DNA of 53,018 nucleotides from Octopus bimaculoides. Taxonomy: Eukaryota. Under the pieces are notes generated by a model, which saw only the letters and a list, made by a program, of their open reading frames with translations, did no database searches and was not told the origin of the DNA. Position numbers and translations under genes: made by a program. Where the stretch lies: assembly GCF_001194135.2 (NCBI RefSeq), contig NC_069003.1:27730202-27783219 (forward strand), read 5' to 3'. Position 1 is the stretch's first letter; each line of letters opens with the position of its first letter. Of the stretch, positions 1-10,740 are shown in pieces.

Positions 1-177
1 GTCTGTATAGGTATATACACACATATATGTAAACATATATATATGCATGTATATATATATATATATATATATACATACATATACATATATATATATATAT
101 ATATGCGTCTGTATAGGTATACACACACACATATATATATATACACACATATATGTAAACATATATATATGCATGCA

Positions 178-210
<33 letters not shown>

Positions 211-310
211 TTCAGTACACTCAGAGATTTATATATACATATGTTAATATGTGTACATGCGTGTACGGGTGCGCTTGAGTGTGTGCGTATGCGTGTACGC
301 ATGTATGTGT
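1..310. repeat. Compound (TA)n/(CA)n/(GT)n microsatellite region with an internal duplicated unit
   Basis: gtctgtataggtat and acacacatatatgtaaacatatatatatgcatg each occur twice about 106-130 bp apart; explains the YIYI ORFs. Confidence 0.9.
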
Positions 311-480
311 GAGGTGCAGTAAAATCATGAGTTCCATGTTGTAGAGATATTTTGAGAAGTTTCCGGAATATCTGTCGCCTTTATCTGAATATTGATACAC
401 AATGATTGATAGAGGAAGTGGGGAAAATATATTCAAGTTGGTGTCCTGAAGGAAACAACGTGTATATATATATATATGTA

Positions 481-547
<67 letters not shown>

Positions 548-571
548 NNNNNNNNNNATATATATATATAT

Positions 572-757
572 AACAAAGGATTGACTATGAGCCTCTCTAC
601 GAGCTAGAAATAGACGCCAAAAGACGATAATATCACCTTAAAAACTCAACTCCCAAAAATAAAACCCGTGTTTTAATTTTGGGTGTTTTAAGGTAGTATT
701 AGGGTCTTTTGGCGACTACTTCTAGCGCGTGGAGAGGATTATAGCCAATCCCTTGTT
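572..757. mobile_element. Palindromic (fold-back) MITE-like element next to (TA)n
   Basis: Left arm aacaaaggattgactatgagcctctctacgagctagaaatagacgccaaaagac... is the imperfect reverse complement of right arm ...gtcttttggcgactacttctagcgcgtggagaggattatagccaatcccttgtt; centre near 666-669. Confidence 0.75.
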
Positions 758-976
758 TCAATTATGTATATAATTATTATACTATTTGTAAAATCCACCT
801 ACATGGTTTTTATTTTCGCACCAACCCCTTGTTAATATCACTAAGGATTTTTTACTGTTTATTATGAATAATATATATATATATTGATAGAAAAGGTAAG
901 ACAACAAAAGAAAGAGACCTCGATATCATGTAAATAGAGGAATTTATCTGTAAATATATGTGACAATTATTCGGTA

Positions 977-1046
977 GCCATGATAAAACTCCGAGTTTCG
1001 GGTGCCAGGGCGGAAACCTACGCCTATATCTCTTCAGTTATCTGGC
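977..1046 (-). ncRNA. Type I hammerhead ribozyme motif in a Penelope-like terminal-repeat fragment (~885-1050)
   Basis: Minus strand: GCCAGATAA-CTGAAGA-[31 nt with GGCG/CGCC hairpin]-GAAA-CTCGGAG-TT-TTATCATGGC; core intact, stem I GCCA-GATAA/TTATC-A-TGGC, stem II weak. Confidence 0.6.
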
Positions 1047-1070
1047 CATTGAAAATTCTTATGAAAATGA

Positions 1071-1242
1071 CCTAGCATACGACAGGTTCGCCTAGTATAC
1101 GACAGGTTGGCCTAGCATACGACAGGTTGGCCTAGCATACGACAGGTTGGCCTAGCATACGACAGGTTGGCCTAGCATACGACAGGTTGGCCTAGCATAC
1201 GACAGGTTGGCCTAGCATACGACAGGTTGGCCTAGTATACGA
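1071..1242. repeat. 20-bp minisatellite (CCTAGCATACGACAGGTTGG) x ~8.5
   Basis: Directly visible, near-perfect head-to-tail units. Confidence 0.97.
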
Positions 1243-1309
1243 TATGTTACTCAAGCGTGCGTAGAAGCATGTTTCGAATGCGCACTACGTATGTCAGGCT
1301 GACGTGGTG

Positions 1310-2030
1310 ATTAAAAGATGTTACCGAAAGGATATGATATGACATTCAAAGGCCTTGTTTTCGCTTTAGATAGAGGCCGTCTACATCACTGTTTGTGTGG
1401 AAATTATGTGTGCTTGTTAGTATCTTTCGGATTTTCACATCAATAGCTCAGATCTCATCAAGCGTTCAATCAAGCAGCCCAAATGTTAGTATGAGTACTG
1501 GCACTGCAAACACATTGTGGACCAGTTTTATTGAATGCAGAGAGTTATGAAGTCCAAATCTTCTTTATTCGGCTGTAATATTCCACATTGAGGTGTGTTT
1601 TGTTACAGGTTCCATTGTAAGGTATGTTTACATCCATCCCTAAACACCTGTAACATTACTCGTCAAATACAGGGGAAACAATCAAGTCATTGATAGAGAT
1701 GTTATTAGTTTGGTTTAGAAATTTCTCCCTTTTCACAACCATATAACAACATTTAACCTGACCAAACTACAACCCTACATCCTTTGAGAATGTTGTAACT
1801 AGGTCAAGGCTCTTTTTCATCTCCAGCATATTCTTTGCATAAAGTTTCAAGTCATCCATAAAGAAACTGTGCAATAATGGCATTTCTGTTTCCTTGTGAA
1901 CCAGTGGGATATCCTTGTATGTATGTATGGAAATGATAACATAGACGGCTCTGGTCGCTGGTTCCTCAAGTAATTCGATTAACTTATGAACCAGCCATTG
2001 TGAAATTCTACGACTTAATGTAACCATTTA
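1310..2030 (-). mobile_element. R4/Dong-like (RLE-type) non-LTR retrotransposon RT fragment, decayed
   Basis: Translates to HSFFMDDLKLYAK...DVGL*FGQVKC...YYSRIKKIWTS*LSAFNKT/HNVFAVPVLILTFGLLD*TLDEI*AIDVKIRKILTSTHNFHTNSDVDGLYLKRKQG, with stops and a frameshift. Confidence 0.85.
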
Positions 2031-2049
2031 AGTCATTTTATGTTCAGCC

Positions 2050-2460
2050 CTAAAGAAATGTGTGTGTGTCTGTGTCTGTGCATGTTTGTGTGTGTGTGTC
2101 GATGAATTTAGAATTATATATATGTGTGTATATGAGTGTGTGTATGTGTGTATGTATGTATGTATGTATTATGTATGTATGTATGTATGTATATAAAAAT
2201 GTATACTCGGCAGAAATTCCGTTACAAGGAGTATATGTGTGTGTGTGTGTGTGTGTCTGTGTGTGTGTGTGTGTGTGTGTACGTGCACCAGCATGTGTGT
2301 ACATATGTGTACGACTTAAGATAGTGATGCAGAAACATAAACTTTTGCGTTTGAGCGTACGTGCGTGTGTGTGTATGCGTGTTTGCGTGAGTGTCTCTCT
2401 GTGTGTGTATGTACGTGAGTGTGTGCATACGAAGAGAGACACATACATGCATATGCAGTC
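2050..2460. repeat. (GT)n/(GTAT)n compound microsatellite
   Basis: Directly visible. Confidence 0.9.
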
Positions 2461-3210
2461 AGACAGACTGACAAGCGGACAAACAAATCGACGGACATAT
2501 TGTCTAAATATACAGATATCACAGACTCAAAACTTTATAACTCCAACTGGCTGGCTATTGATCACAGCCAGCTATTGTCAGCACTGAGCTACAATCGTAC
2601 ATGGTATGTTAAATTATGTAAATGTTCAGTAGAACTTGCTGCAATCTATCTTGGAAACTATAGTTAACTTCTTCAAAGGAATATTTTGGTTTGAAGCGTG
2701 AAACATTAATCTAATAATTATGTTAAGAATGCAATTGATAAAACTTTTCGCAGAATTATATCTTGCAGCTATAGAAGAGTTAGTTCCGCTTTGAAACAGG
2801 TATTACCGCCCATAGACTTCCGCCAAATTGAACTAAAAGCAAGAAGGGCGAAGATAAATAGAAGTGTTACTGTAGATTCTATGTAAGGAATTGTAAAGTT
2901 TTTATATAATCTGCTTAAATGAGAGAATCGGCTTAAGACGTTTGTCGATATTTCTTAAGGAATGTTTGAAGAGGTGGAATATCCAGATGTGTCCAGTTGG
3001 AAAGTGAAATCAAATTGATTGTAGATCAGTATGACATCGGCTTAAGCTTAACTGCCTAAAAATAGTAAATCTGAAGAAGAAAATCATTTTTTAATTGTTC
3101 TGTGGAATTTCTACCTCGGTGATTATTTATTTATTTATTTTTATCTTTTAATCAGGAGGGAAGGCTGTGTCCGTGGCGCGCTTATAGGGATTCCGTGATA
3201 GGAAGGAAGT

Positions 3211-3311
3211 AAGAAAGGAAGGAAGGAAGGGAAGAAAGAGACGGAGGAGCAAAGAAAGGAAGGAAGGAAGGGAGGAAAGAGACGGAGGAGCAAAGAAAGG
3301 AAGGAAGGAAA
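3211..3311. repeat. 41-bp purine-rich tandem duplication (2.5 units)
   Basis: aagaaaggaaggaaggaaggga(a/g)gaaagagacggaggagca at 3211 and 3252. Confidence 0.9.
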
Positions 3312-3687
3312 GAAGGATATTATGGGGCATATCCAGCCGCATAATATTTTATTAACTCCTTTTTTTATGCAAGCCTGATATTCTGTCTTGGTCAGAGGAG
3401 AAAGCATAATTTCCTTGACCTCTGAATGACCTGCGAGACTGGCGGAGACAAAAAAAAAATGGGGGAAGTAACCAAAAGTGAGAATTTGCTGAAGTAGGAG
3501 GCCATAAATCAAGTTATCCTTAAACCTGAAACTTAGTTCAAATGATTGCAACGCAGTGGATCAAGCTGATGGCGCCCAAAGATCACGTGATAGTGGAATT
3601 AAACTCGATGATGGATTGCGTCTACCGTCCAAAACAAGAGTAGTCGAGGGTTTGTGCGGCATTCATTTTGCCAAGCTTTAACTAATG

Positions 3688-3990
3688 AAGGCGCGTGGCT
3701 AAATGGTTAGGATATTCGGCTTAAGTTCGTAAGGGCGTGAGTTCGATTCTCGGCGGCGCGTTGAGTACTTGAGCAAGTCACTTTATTTCACGTTGTTCCA
3801 GTTCATTCAACTGGAAAAGTAAGTAGTACCTATATTTCAAGGGGTCAACTTTGTCACATTCTGTGTCACGCTGAATCTCCCTGAGAACTGTGTTAAGGGT
3901 ACACATGTCTGCGGAGTGCTCAGCCACTCGCATGTTAATTTGATAAGCAAACTATTCCGTTCATCGGGTTAATTGGCATTGGTCAACAGA
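3688..3990 (+). mobile_element. tRNA-derived SINE, family D (CORE-like middle, tail shared with family C)
   Basis: A-box tggctaaatggttagg, B-box gagttcgattc, ttgagcaagtcacttt block, tail gtcacgctgaatctccctgagaac...; similar copies at 48105-48410 (-) and 22095-22243 (-). Confidence 0.75.
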
Positions 3991-3994
3991 AGGC

Positions 3995-4372
3995 AAGCTC
4001 TTCTGCAGCAAGACCTCATACCGATCGAACGACCCGAAATAAACTCCGGGAACATGAGGGAATCGAACTTGTACCGCACTCAACATACAGTCCGTATCTA
4101 GCTCCTTCGGATTATTACTTGTTCCGAGCCATGGCTCGCTTCTGCGATCGCGACACTTCCATCAACCAAGAGAAGGTGGAAGATTCAGTGAAGGAGTCCT
4201 TTTCCTCAAGGGACAAGAACTGGCATCAGCATAAGAACAAAGAACTGGTAGAAAGGTGACTTCAGATGGCGCAGCATGACAGCCTCTACATTGAATACTA
4301 GGCTGCTTTTGTTGTAACTTGTGCAGCAAACAAGTTACCAAAATATGGCAAAACTTTTGACCCAACACAATA
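3995..4372 (+). mobile_element. Mariner transposon 3' end: transposase C-terminus plus right TIR
   Basis: PHSTYSPYLAPSDYYLFRAM...KELVER*LQMAQHDSLYIEY* matches the mariner YSPDLAPSD motif; TIR aaaacttttgacccaacacaa followed by TA. Confidence 0.85.
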
Positions 4373-5011
4373 CTACTCTATTGCTCTGTTAAAGCTGTCA
4401 TACTACGAGTTTATAATTATCAATGTCAATGCAGTCATTATTAGAAAATGAAATGGAGGAAAAATATACGTTGAATAAAGTTGTTTGAGTTGATGTCACT
4501 GAATAATTTGGGCAATGTTTTTCATCAATGACGTCGCCTGTCAAGTTAGACCACCGAGAAAATATCGCCTGACAATTCTAATAAACCTACAACTTAAATC
4601 TATCTGCTCTCACTATTTACGTATGTTCCTTTCTTTCTATTTCACACAGTTTCTTCATCACTTGCTTCATACAACTTCCTGCAGTATCCGATTTCTTGCA
4701 ATCCACGCAACTATAACATAATAAGAGAAACTAATGTTTTGACAGATAGGCCTAAACACATCTTTTTCCAGTCATTTCTCAATAAAGTAGAACTAACCGG
4801 ATCGTCTTCATGTCTGTGTTAAATAAGTACAGACAGGAAGAAGATATGTTCTCATTTTACATGGCTATAGATGATATTATGGTCAAATGAATATGCTATA
4901 CTAACACTATAAATTTGTTATCAATGAAGTAGTGTCTACTACAGAGGTATTTATGAGCTTTTGGCGGCTTGCGGTTGATTTTGGGGAAGGCAAAAGCAAT
5001 CATGAGTAATT

Positions 5012-5243
5012 CCTTATTTCAATTATTGGACTGCGGCCATACTGGGGCATCATCTTGAAGGGTTTCAGTCGAACAAAATTAGAAACAACTACTGCAGTAT
5101 TTATTTTTACTTTCATTTTTATTTTATTTTGAAACTTTGAATATGTTCTATCTGTTTTTCTTGCCGAACCGCTATGTTACGGGTACGTACAAAAACTAAC
5201 ACCGGTTGTCAAGCAATGATGGCGAGGGACAACCACAGAAACA
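5012..5243 (-). mobile_element. SINE family B 3' half; another copy at 5522-5712
   Basis: Reverse of family B tail: ggactgcggccat...gccgaaccgctatgttacgg...ccggttgtcaagc. Confidence 0.75.
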
Positions 5244-5328
5244 ATGACGTTCAAAAACATCCATTCGTACGGTCATTTCAGCATATGATGACCGTTTGAG
5301 ACACCTTTGTTCTTTCCCCTCTCCCCCA

Positions 5329-5363
<35 letters not shown>

Positions 5364-5710
5364 TTTTACTCTCTGTCCTCCTTTATATTTTCTAAAGAAG
5401 AGCGTTTGCTCGAAACGCAAACGACTTTTCTTCCTATTTTTCCAGACCGTGAAACTAATTCCCTCTCTTTGTTTTGTTACTTCATCTTTTTTTTATATTT
5501 TATTTCGCACCATGTATATATCTTTTATCTTTTACTTCTTTCATTCGTTAGACTACGGCCATGCTGGGGCACTACCGTAAAGAAGCTTTAGTCGACTGAA
5601 CCCACCCCAGTAGTTAATTGTTAAGGCTTGTACTTATTCTATCGGTCTCTTTTGCTGCACTAAGTTACGGAAACGTTAACACATCAACATCTGTTATCAA
5701 ACAGTGGGTG

Positions 5711-5750
<40 letters not shown>

Positions 5751-5762
5751 TTATATTTAAGA

Positions 5763-5880
5763 CCTAGTCGATTATATATGCCCCAGTACTTGACTGGTAC
5801 TTAATTTATTCGGCGGAATTTGAACTCAGAACGGAAAGACGGACAAAATACCGCTAAGCCTTTCGCCAGGTCACCGCCTT
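5763..5880 (-). mobile_element. SINE family A, internally deleted
   Basis: cggcggaatttgaactcagaacg...ataccgctaagc...caccgcctt. Confidence 0.8.
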
Positions 5881-5943
5881 AATAATAATAATAACAATAA
5901 TAATAATAATAACAATAATAATAAAACAAAACAAAACAAGAAA

Positions 5944-6510
5944 GACCAAAACAATAAAGTCTGTATATGAATTGACATGAGCATACCTTGTGACCATAAT
6001 ATCTCGGCAAAAGAATTTGATAAGCTCAGAAAATATAAAGATTTGCTAATCGAAATCGAAAAGATGTAACATCGCAAGACTGTTTTAGGATCACTTGGAA
6101 TGATCAAAAAAGGAACTCAGAAGTATTTAAGAATGATCCCTGGCTTACCATCCTTGCAGGAAGTGCAAAAGATTGTCTCAACTGGTACGTCACAGGTTCT
6201 GAAAAGAGTATTGTCGCTGTGAATTTTCTTTGAATTGAATTGAACCAGTTTCAGCTCATGAGCTGTGGCCACGCTGGGGCACTACCATTTTTGTTTATTT
6301 TTATATTTTTTTATTTTTTACTTTTTCTCTCTGTCTTCCTTCTCCTTTTTCTCTATCACATGACTTTGTAAATGTACAAGCTAGAGTGTTCATTTTAATG
6401 ACCGACCAATATATACAGTGCGTTTCTCTACCCTAGGTGTCAGGAAGACACTCGGCAAGAAATAGAAACAACTGTAAGAAGATGATAATGAAAATAATAA
6501 TAATAATAAT
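5944..6510 (+). mobile_element. R4/Dong-like LINE 3' end: RLE domain C-terminus plus probable 3' UTR, bounded by (AAT)n
   Basis: IDMSIPCDHNISAKEFDKLRKYKDLLIEIEKM*...LGSLGMIKKG...LQEVQKIVSTGTSQVLKRVLSL* (stop at 6220-6222); (AAT)n at 5881-5925 and ~6494-6510. Confidence 0.85.
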
Positions 6511-6529
6511 GTGTCTAATACAGTAACAC

Positions 6530-6760
6530 GAGAGTGAAGGCAACAACAACAACATCAACAGTAATATTATTACAACAACAACTATAACAGCTACATCAGT
6601 AACAACGACTACATCAACGACAATAGCACCTGCAGCAATAACAACAACAATAACAGCAGCAGTAGTTGATGTTGTTGTTGGTGCTGCCGCTTCTGCTGTT
6701 GCTGCGGCAGCGGCAACGGTGGTGGCAGCGGCGGCTGCTGTTGGTGAAACACTAATATTC
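6530..6760. repeat. Compound trinucleotide low-complexity tract, AAC-rich switching to GTT/GCT/GCG-rich
   Basis: Directly visible; source of the poly-Ala/Val ORF 6433-6786. Confidence 0.85.
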
Positions 6761-6879
6761 AGTATTATTAGTTCAAAGATCAGCAAAACATGGTTTCTTA
6801 TTTAGAAAATATTTTTGAAAGAAGACACCTCCGCCATATTGTAGTGAACAGGACTTTTTTACGGTTACATAGTTTATAG

Positions 6880-7270
6880 ATTATCTTATGGTGTGTGTGT
6901 GTGAGAGAGAGAATTCTGTATGTATTTGTATGTGTTAGAGAGAGAGAGAGAGAGAGAGAGTGCGTGTGTGTGCGTGTGAGGCCGTATGTGTGAGAGTGCA
7001 GTGTGTGTGTGTGTGTATGTGTGTGTATGTATGTGTGTGTATGTATGTGTGTGTGAGTGTGTGTGTGTGAGAGTGCCTGTGAGAGTGTGGTGTGTGTGCA
7101 TGCGTGTGAACGTTTGTGTGTGTGTGAAAGGGAAAGAGAGAGTGTGTGCGCGTATGTATGTATGTGTGTTTGTTTGTACATGAAACCTATGTGTGTGTGT
7201 TTATGCATATGAACGCATGTATGTGTGTGTAAAGAGAGAGAGAAAAGAAAGAGAGCGAGAGAGAGAGTGG
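6880..7270. repeat. (GT)n/(GA)n compound microsatellite
   Basis: Directly visible. Confidence 0.9.
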
Positions 7271-7298
7271 GAGGGGTACTAAATATTTATTTTTCCGA

Positions 7299-7690
7299 CT
7301 CTAACACTTCTACCAGTTCACTGCTCTAGTCTAATGTTTTATGATTCCGAACGGAAGAAACGAAATGTTGCCCTGGATGTCCTTTGAACCCAGAATGCAA
7401 GGCTCTAGAATAAATACTGTCCTGCATTGTGTAGGACGCTCTAACATTTCTACCAGTTCGCTGCTCTAGCCTGGTAGGTTATTGAACGACCCCGAAAGGA
7501 TGAAAAGAAATGTCCTCGATGCTATTTGAACTCAGAATGCAAAGAGGCGAAATAAATACTGAAAGGCATGTTTTCTGACTCTCTAGCATTTCTGTTAGTT
7601 CACTGCTCAATTCTAAAATTTATTTATCGACCCGAGAAGGATGTAAGGAAATGTTATCCACGATGCTCTTTGAACTCAAAACACCAGGCA
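7299..7690 (-). repeat. ~140-bp tandem array of three old units resembling SINE family A head plus central domain
   Basis: ctcta(a/g)ca(c/t)ttct...agttc(a/g)ctgctc at 7299, 7439 and ~7581; each unit has a gaccccgaaaggatgaaa-like block and a tttgaactcagaa-like block. Confidence 0.7.
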
Positions 7691-7820
7691 TTTTTTATGA
7701 TTCAGTGCCTCGTAGTAAGTGTTTCAATTCTCTTCGCACCGAGTTCAAATACCGCTGCGGTCAATATTGCCTTTCATATTTTCCTCAAAACACCAGGCAT
7801 TTTTTTCTGACACCCTATCA

Positions 7821-8076
7821 CAGTGGTTCTCAACCATTTTTTTTCCTGTGCGCCCCTGGGACTTCTATTTGACTAGGATGAACCCCTCAAAGCTATTCGG
7901 CGTTTAGAAAACCCTGTGATATTCTTATAATTAAATATTATTAGGATTTGTATTAAAAGAAATTGTTAAAAATATTCTGTGTATTATAGTATAACCGATA
8001 TATTGCATATGAATTTTAACAACAAACTCTTATGTGGATTCCCAAGGGCTACATGGACCCAGGTTAAGAACAACTG
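7821..8076. mobile_element. hAT/Charlie-type MITE
   Basis: TIRs CAGTGGTTCTCAACC ... GGTTAAGAACAACTG; degenerate 8-bp TSD ccctatca/ctctaaaa; left-half relatives at 45898-46025 and 48506-48605. Confidence 0.8.
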
Positions 8077-8904
8077 CTCTAAAACATCTGCCAACTTGCC
8101 CTCTTTTCGCTCCCTGAGTTATATCTAATTCGCCGCTTCATTTACATTCATTTATATTCGGAGTTTGGGTGGGTTGGGTTGTTGACTTGTAATTTAATTC
8201 TTTGTATTTATCTTTGATGATCGAGCAAAACAAAAGTGACGGAGATTCTGACGTTATGGACGAACGAAGAATCCACGACGTGTGCATTTAGCATGCAAGA
8301 AATTCTCACCAATTTTTTTTTTCAAATATTATCCAAGTGTCTCTTAAAAATGGATAAATATATTGGATAAACAAAACTTGGACCTCATCCATCAGAAAAT
8401 TAAACGAGACGGACACGGTTTCAACTCTGGATAAACGATTTTGGTTTTACCTTCTTTTTTTTTTCGCATCGTGAAGAAACATTTTTGCCAAGACATACAA
8501 ACAATGCCAGAGAACGACTGTCGCTACCAATGTGCTCGAAGCGGAATATGAAATATGAAATCTTTATGAAAGTATTTTCAAAGTCTGGAAAAATGCTCAC
8601 AAGATGATCAAAGACAATCAAAAGCGATCAAAGATTACAAAACTCCAGAAAAAGAATAGCATATGATAATACTGGAACAATAGAAATAATCAAAACAACA
8701 ACATCTAAAATGCGAAAAATTAAAATCAAGCAGAAAGTACTGTTTGATCTTTTTCCTCGACGTCAAAGGTTCCAAAAACGCATTTAATCAAGCATATTTC
8801 AAATTTGGTCAAAAAAAAAAAAAAGAAAACTATCAAAATTCTACAATATAACATAAATTTTGCATCGTAAAACGTACAGCTTGAAAACCGGCATTGATTT
8901 TTTT

Positions 8905-9075
8905 TTTTACGTTCTAGTAACTTAGTGGTCCGTCATAAGTGACCAATAAAATGAGTACCAGGCTTTAAAAACAATTTCAAAATAGTACTGGGGTTGATTC
9001 GATCGTCTAAAAATCCTTCAAGGTGGTGCTCCAGCATGGCCACATTCCAATGATTAAAATAAGTAAAAGATAAAC
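8905..9075 (+). mobile_element. SINE family B tail fragment
   Basis: gtaacttagtggtcc...aaggtggtgctccagcatggccac...aagtaaaagata. Confidence 0.65.
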
Positions 9076-9085
9076 GATATCACAC

Positions 9086-9225
9086 AAAATGTCGTAAAAT
9101 AAATGATGTTATAAAATAGACGAAAATGTTACGAAATGGACACAGATATTACAAAACAGACGAAAGTGTCGTAATATGGAGAAAAGTATCGTAAATGAGC
9201 AAGTGTCGTAAAACGGATGAAAGCG
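9086..9225. repeat. Degenerate ~20-bp minisatellite (aaagtgtcgtaaaatggacga-like)
   Basis: About seven diverged units containing tgtcgtaa, tgttataa or tatcgtaa. Confidence 0.65.
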
Positions 9226-10169
9226 CTGTCACAAAGTCGATGTAAATACTGTTATATAGGAGTGTTGTGAAACTTATGCAAATTTAGTCGTGAATACAGT
9301 TTCAATCATTTATATTCTTTATTTCTCTTCACTCTTTAAGTGAAAGCCATAAACGCCACAACATCTGCCTGTATTCCTCTTTATATATGAAACTTTGTGT
9401 GTCGGAAATTGCAGTCGATTTTACTTCTTTTTTTGTTGTTTTTGTTTCTAAAAATATCTTTTGAAATCGTTAGAATTGTAGATAAAGTAAAACGTTAAAT
9501 AATTCTCCCAAGATTTGTTAATTTGTTCTTTGCGCTGTGCTTCTATTTGCCAAAACAACAGTTTGTCCATGCAATATTCTGCAGCTACCGGAAGTTCACT
9601 TAGAGCCACGGTGTGTAGTGTAAATGCAGTCTAGATAGGAGGAAACCTAGCGGAAAACGAGTTTAATGTACCCTATTATTTATGCGCATTTACCGAAAAA
9701 CTGTTTTGCTATTTTTAGAGTGAAAATCATTTTGAAAGTCGTCCATCAATTCCAGGAGATTTCTAGTTCCTGGAAACGGTTTCTTCACAAATGTTCACAA
9801 ACGAATTGAATTCATTTCGATTAGAAAAAGCTATCTTTTGAAGAAAATTGCAAAGAAAATAAGGTTTGAAGGAAATGTTATGGAATTTTAGAAATATATG
9901 AAGTGTGAAATATTTTCATTTGATTTACACGTCAATATATTTTCGCGTTTTTTTTTTTATATTCTCAAATTCCTTTATTCTTACTTTCTTTCTGTCTACA
10001 TCACTGTCTCTTCTTCCTTCTCACTATCTTTCTCACTCAGTACGTCCTTCTATATCTCTCTCTTTCTCCCCCCTCTCTCTCTCTGTTTCTCACAGCTCTG
10101 TTGTCAAGCTTCCTCTCTACTACAGTCTATTTCTTTCTCAATGTTTCATGTTCTCTCGTTCTTCACTGC

Positions 10170-10740
10170 ACACACAAACACAGACACACGGACAGACACA
10201 CACGCTCACACACACACACACACACACACACATACATATACACACTCACGCACACACACATACGTGTACTCATATACATGGATACACGCACACACATACA
10301 CACACGTAAATTCACACACATATACACACAAATTCTTATTCAGAAATACATTCATTCGCAGACACACGCATATACACGTACTTATACACATACATATACA
10401 CACATGCACACATATATATATACATATACTCACACATACCCCCCCCCCACACACACACACACACAAATTCACACCTGCTGACATGCACAGTCATTCACAC
10501 ACACACACACACACACACAAACACTCACTCATATATACATTCATTCGAGCGCACGCTTATACATGTATAGACACAAAAATACTCACACACATTTACACGC
10601 ATCATACACACGTACACAGATACATAAATTCTCACTCACTTATACACACATCCATTCACACACACTCACATATACACCACATGCATTCATCCCTCACTCA
10701 CATTAATTCACTCGCATTCTCTCTCTGTAAACTCACTCAG
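10170..10740. repeat. Long (CA)n-rich compound microsatellite
   Basis: Directly visible; source of the HTHT ORFs. Confidence 0.9.

Noticed and set aside
1071-1242. CRISPR-like regular repeat
   Set aside because: Units abut with no spacers, context is eukaryotic, and there are no cas genes
2740-2880. SYRRVSSALKQVLPPIDFRQ, faintly like an I/R1-group LINE C-terminal motif
   Set aside because: Too short and no neighbouring motif confirmed; needs a profile search
3688-3760. tRNA genes at A-box/B-box motifs here and in other SINE heads
   Set aside because: No closed cloverleaf, and each continues into SINE body and tail sequence
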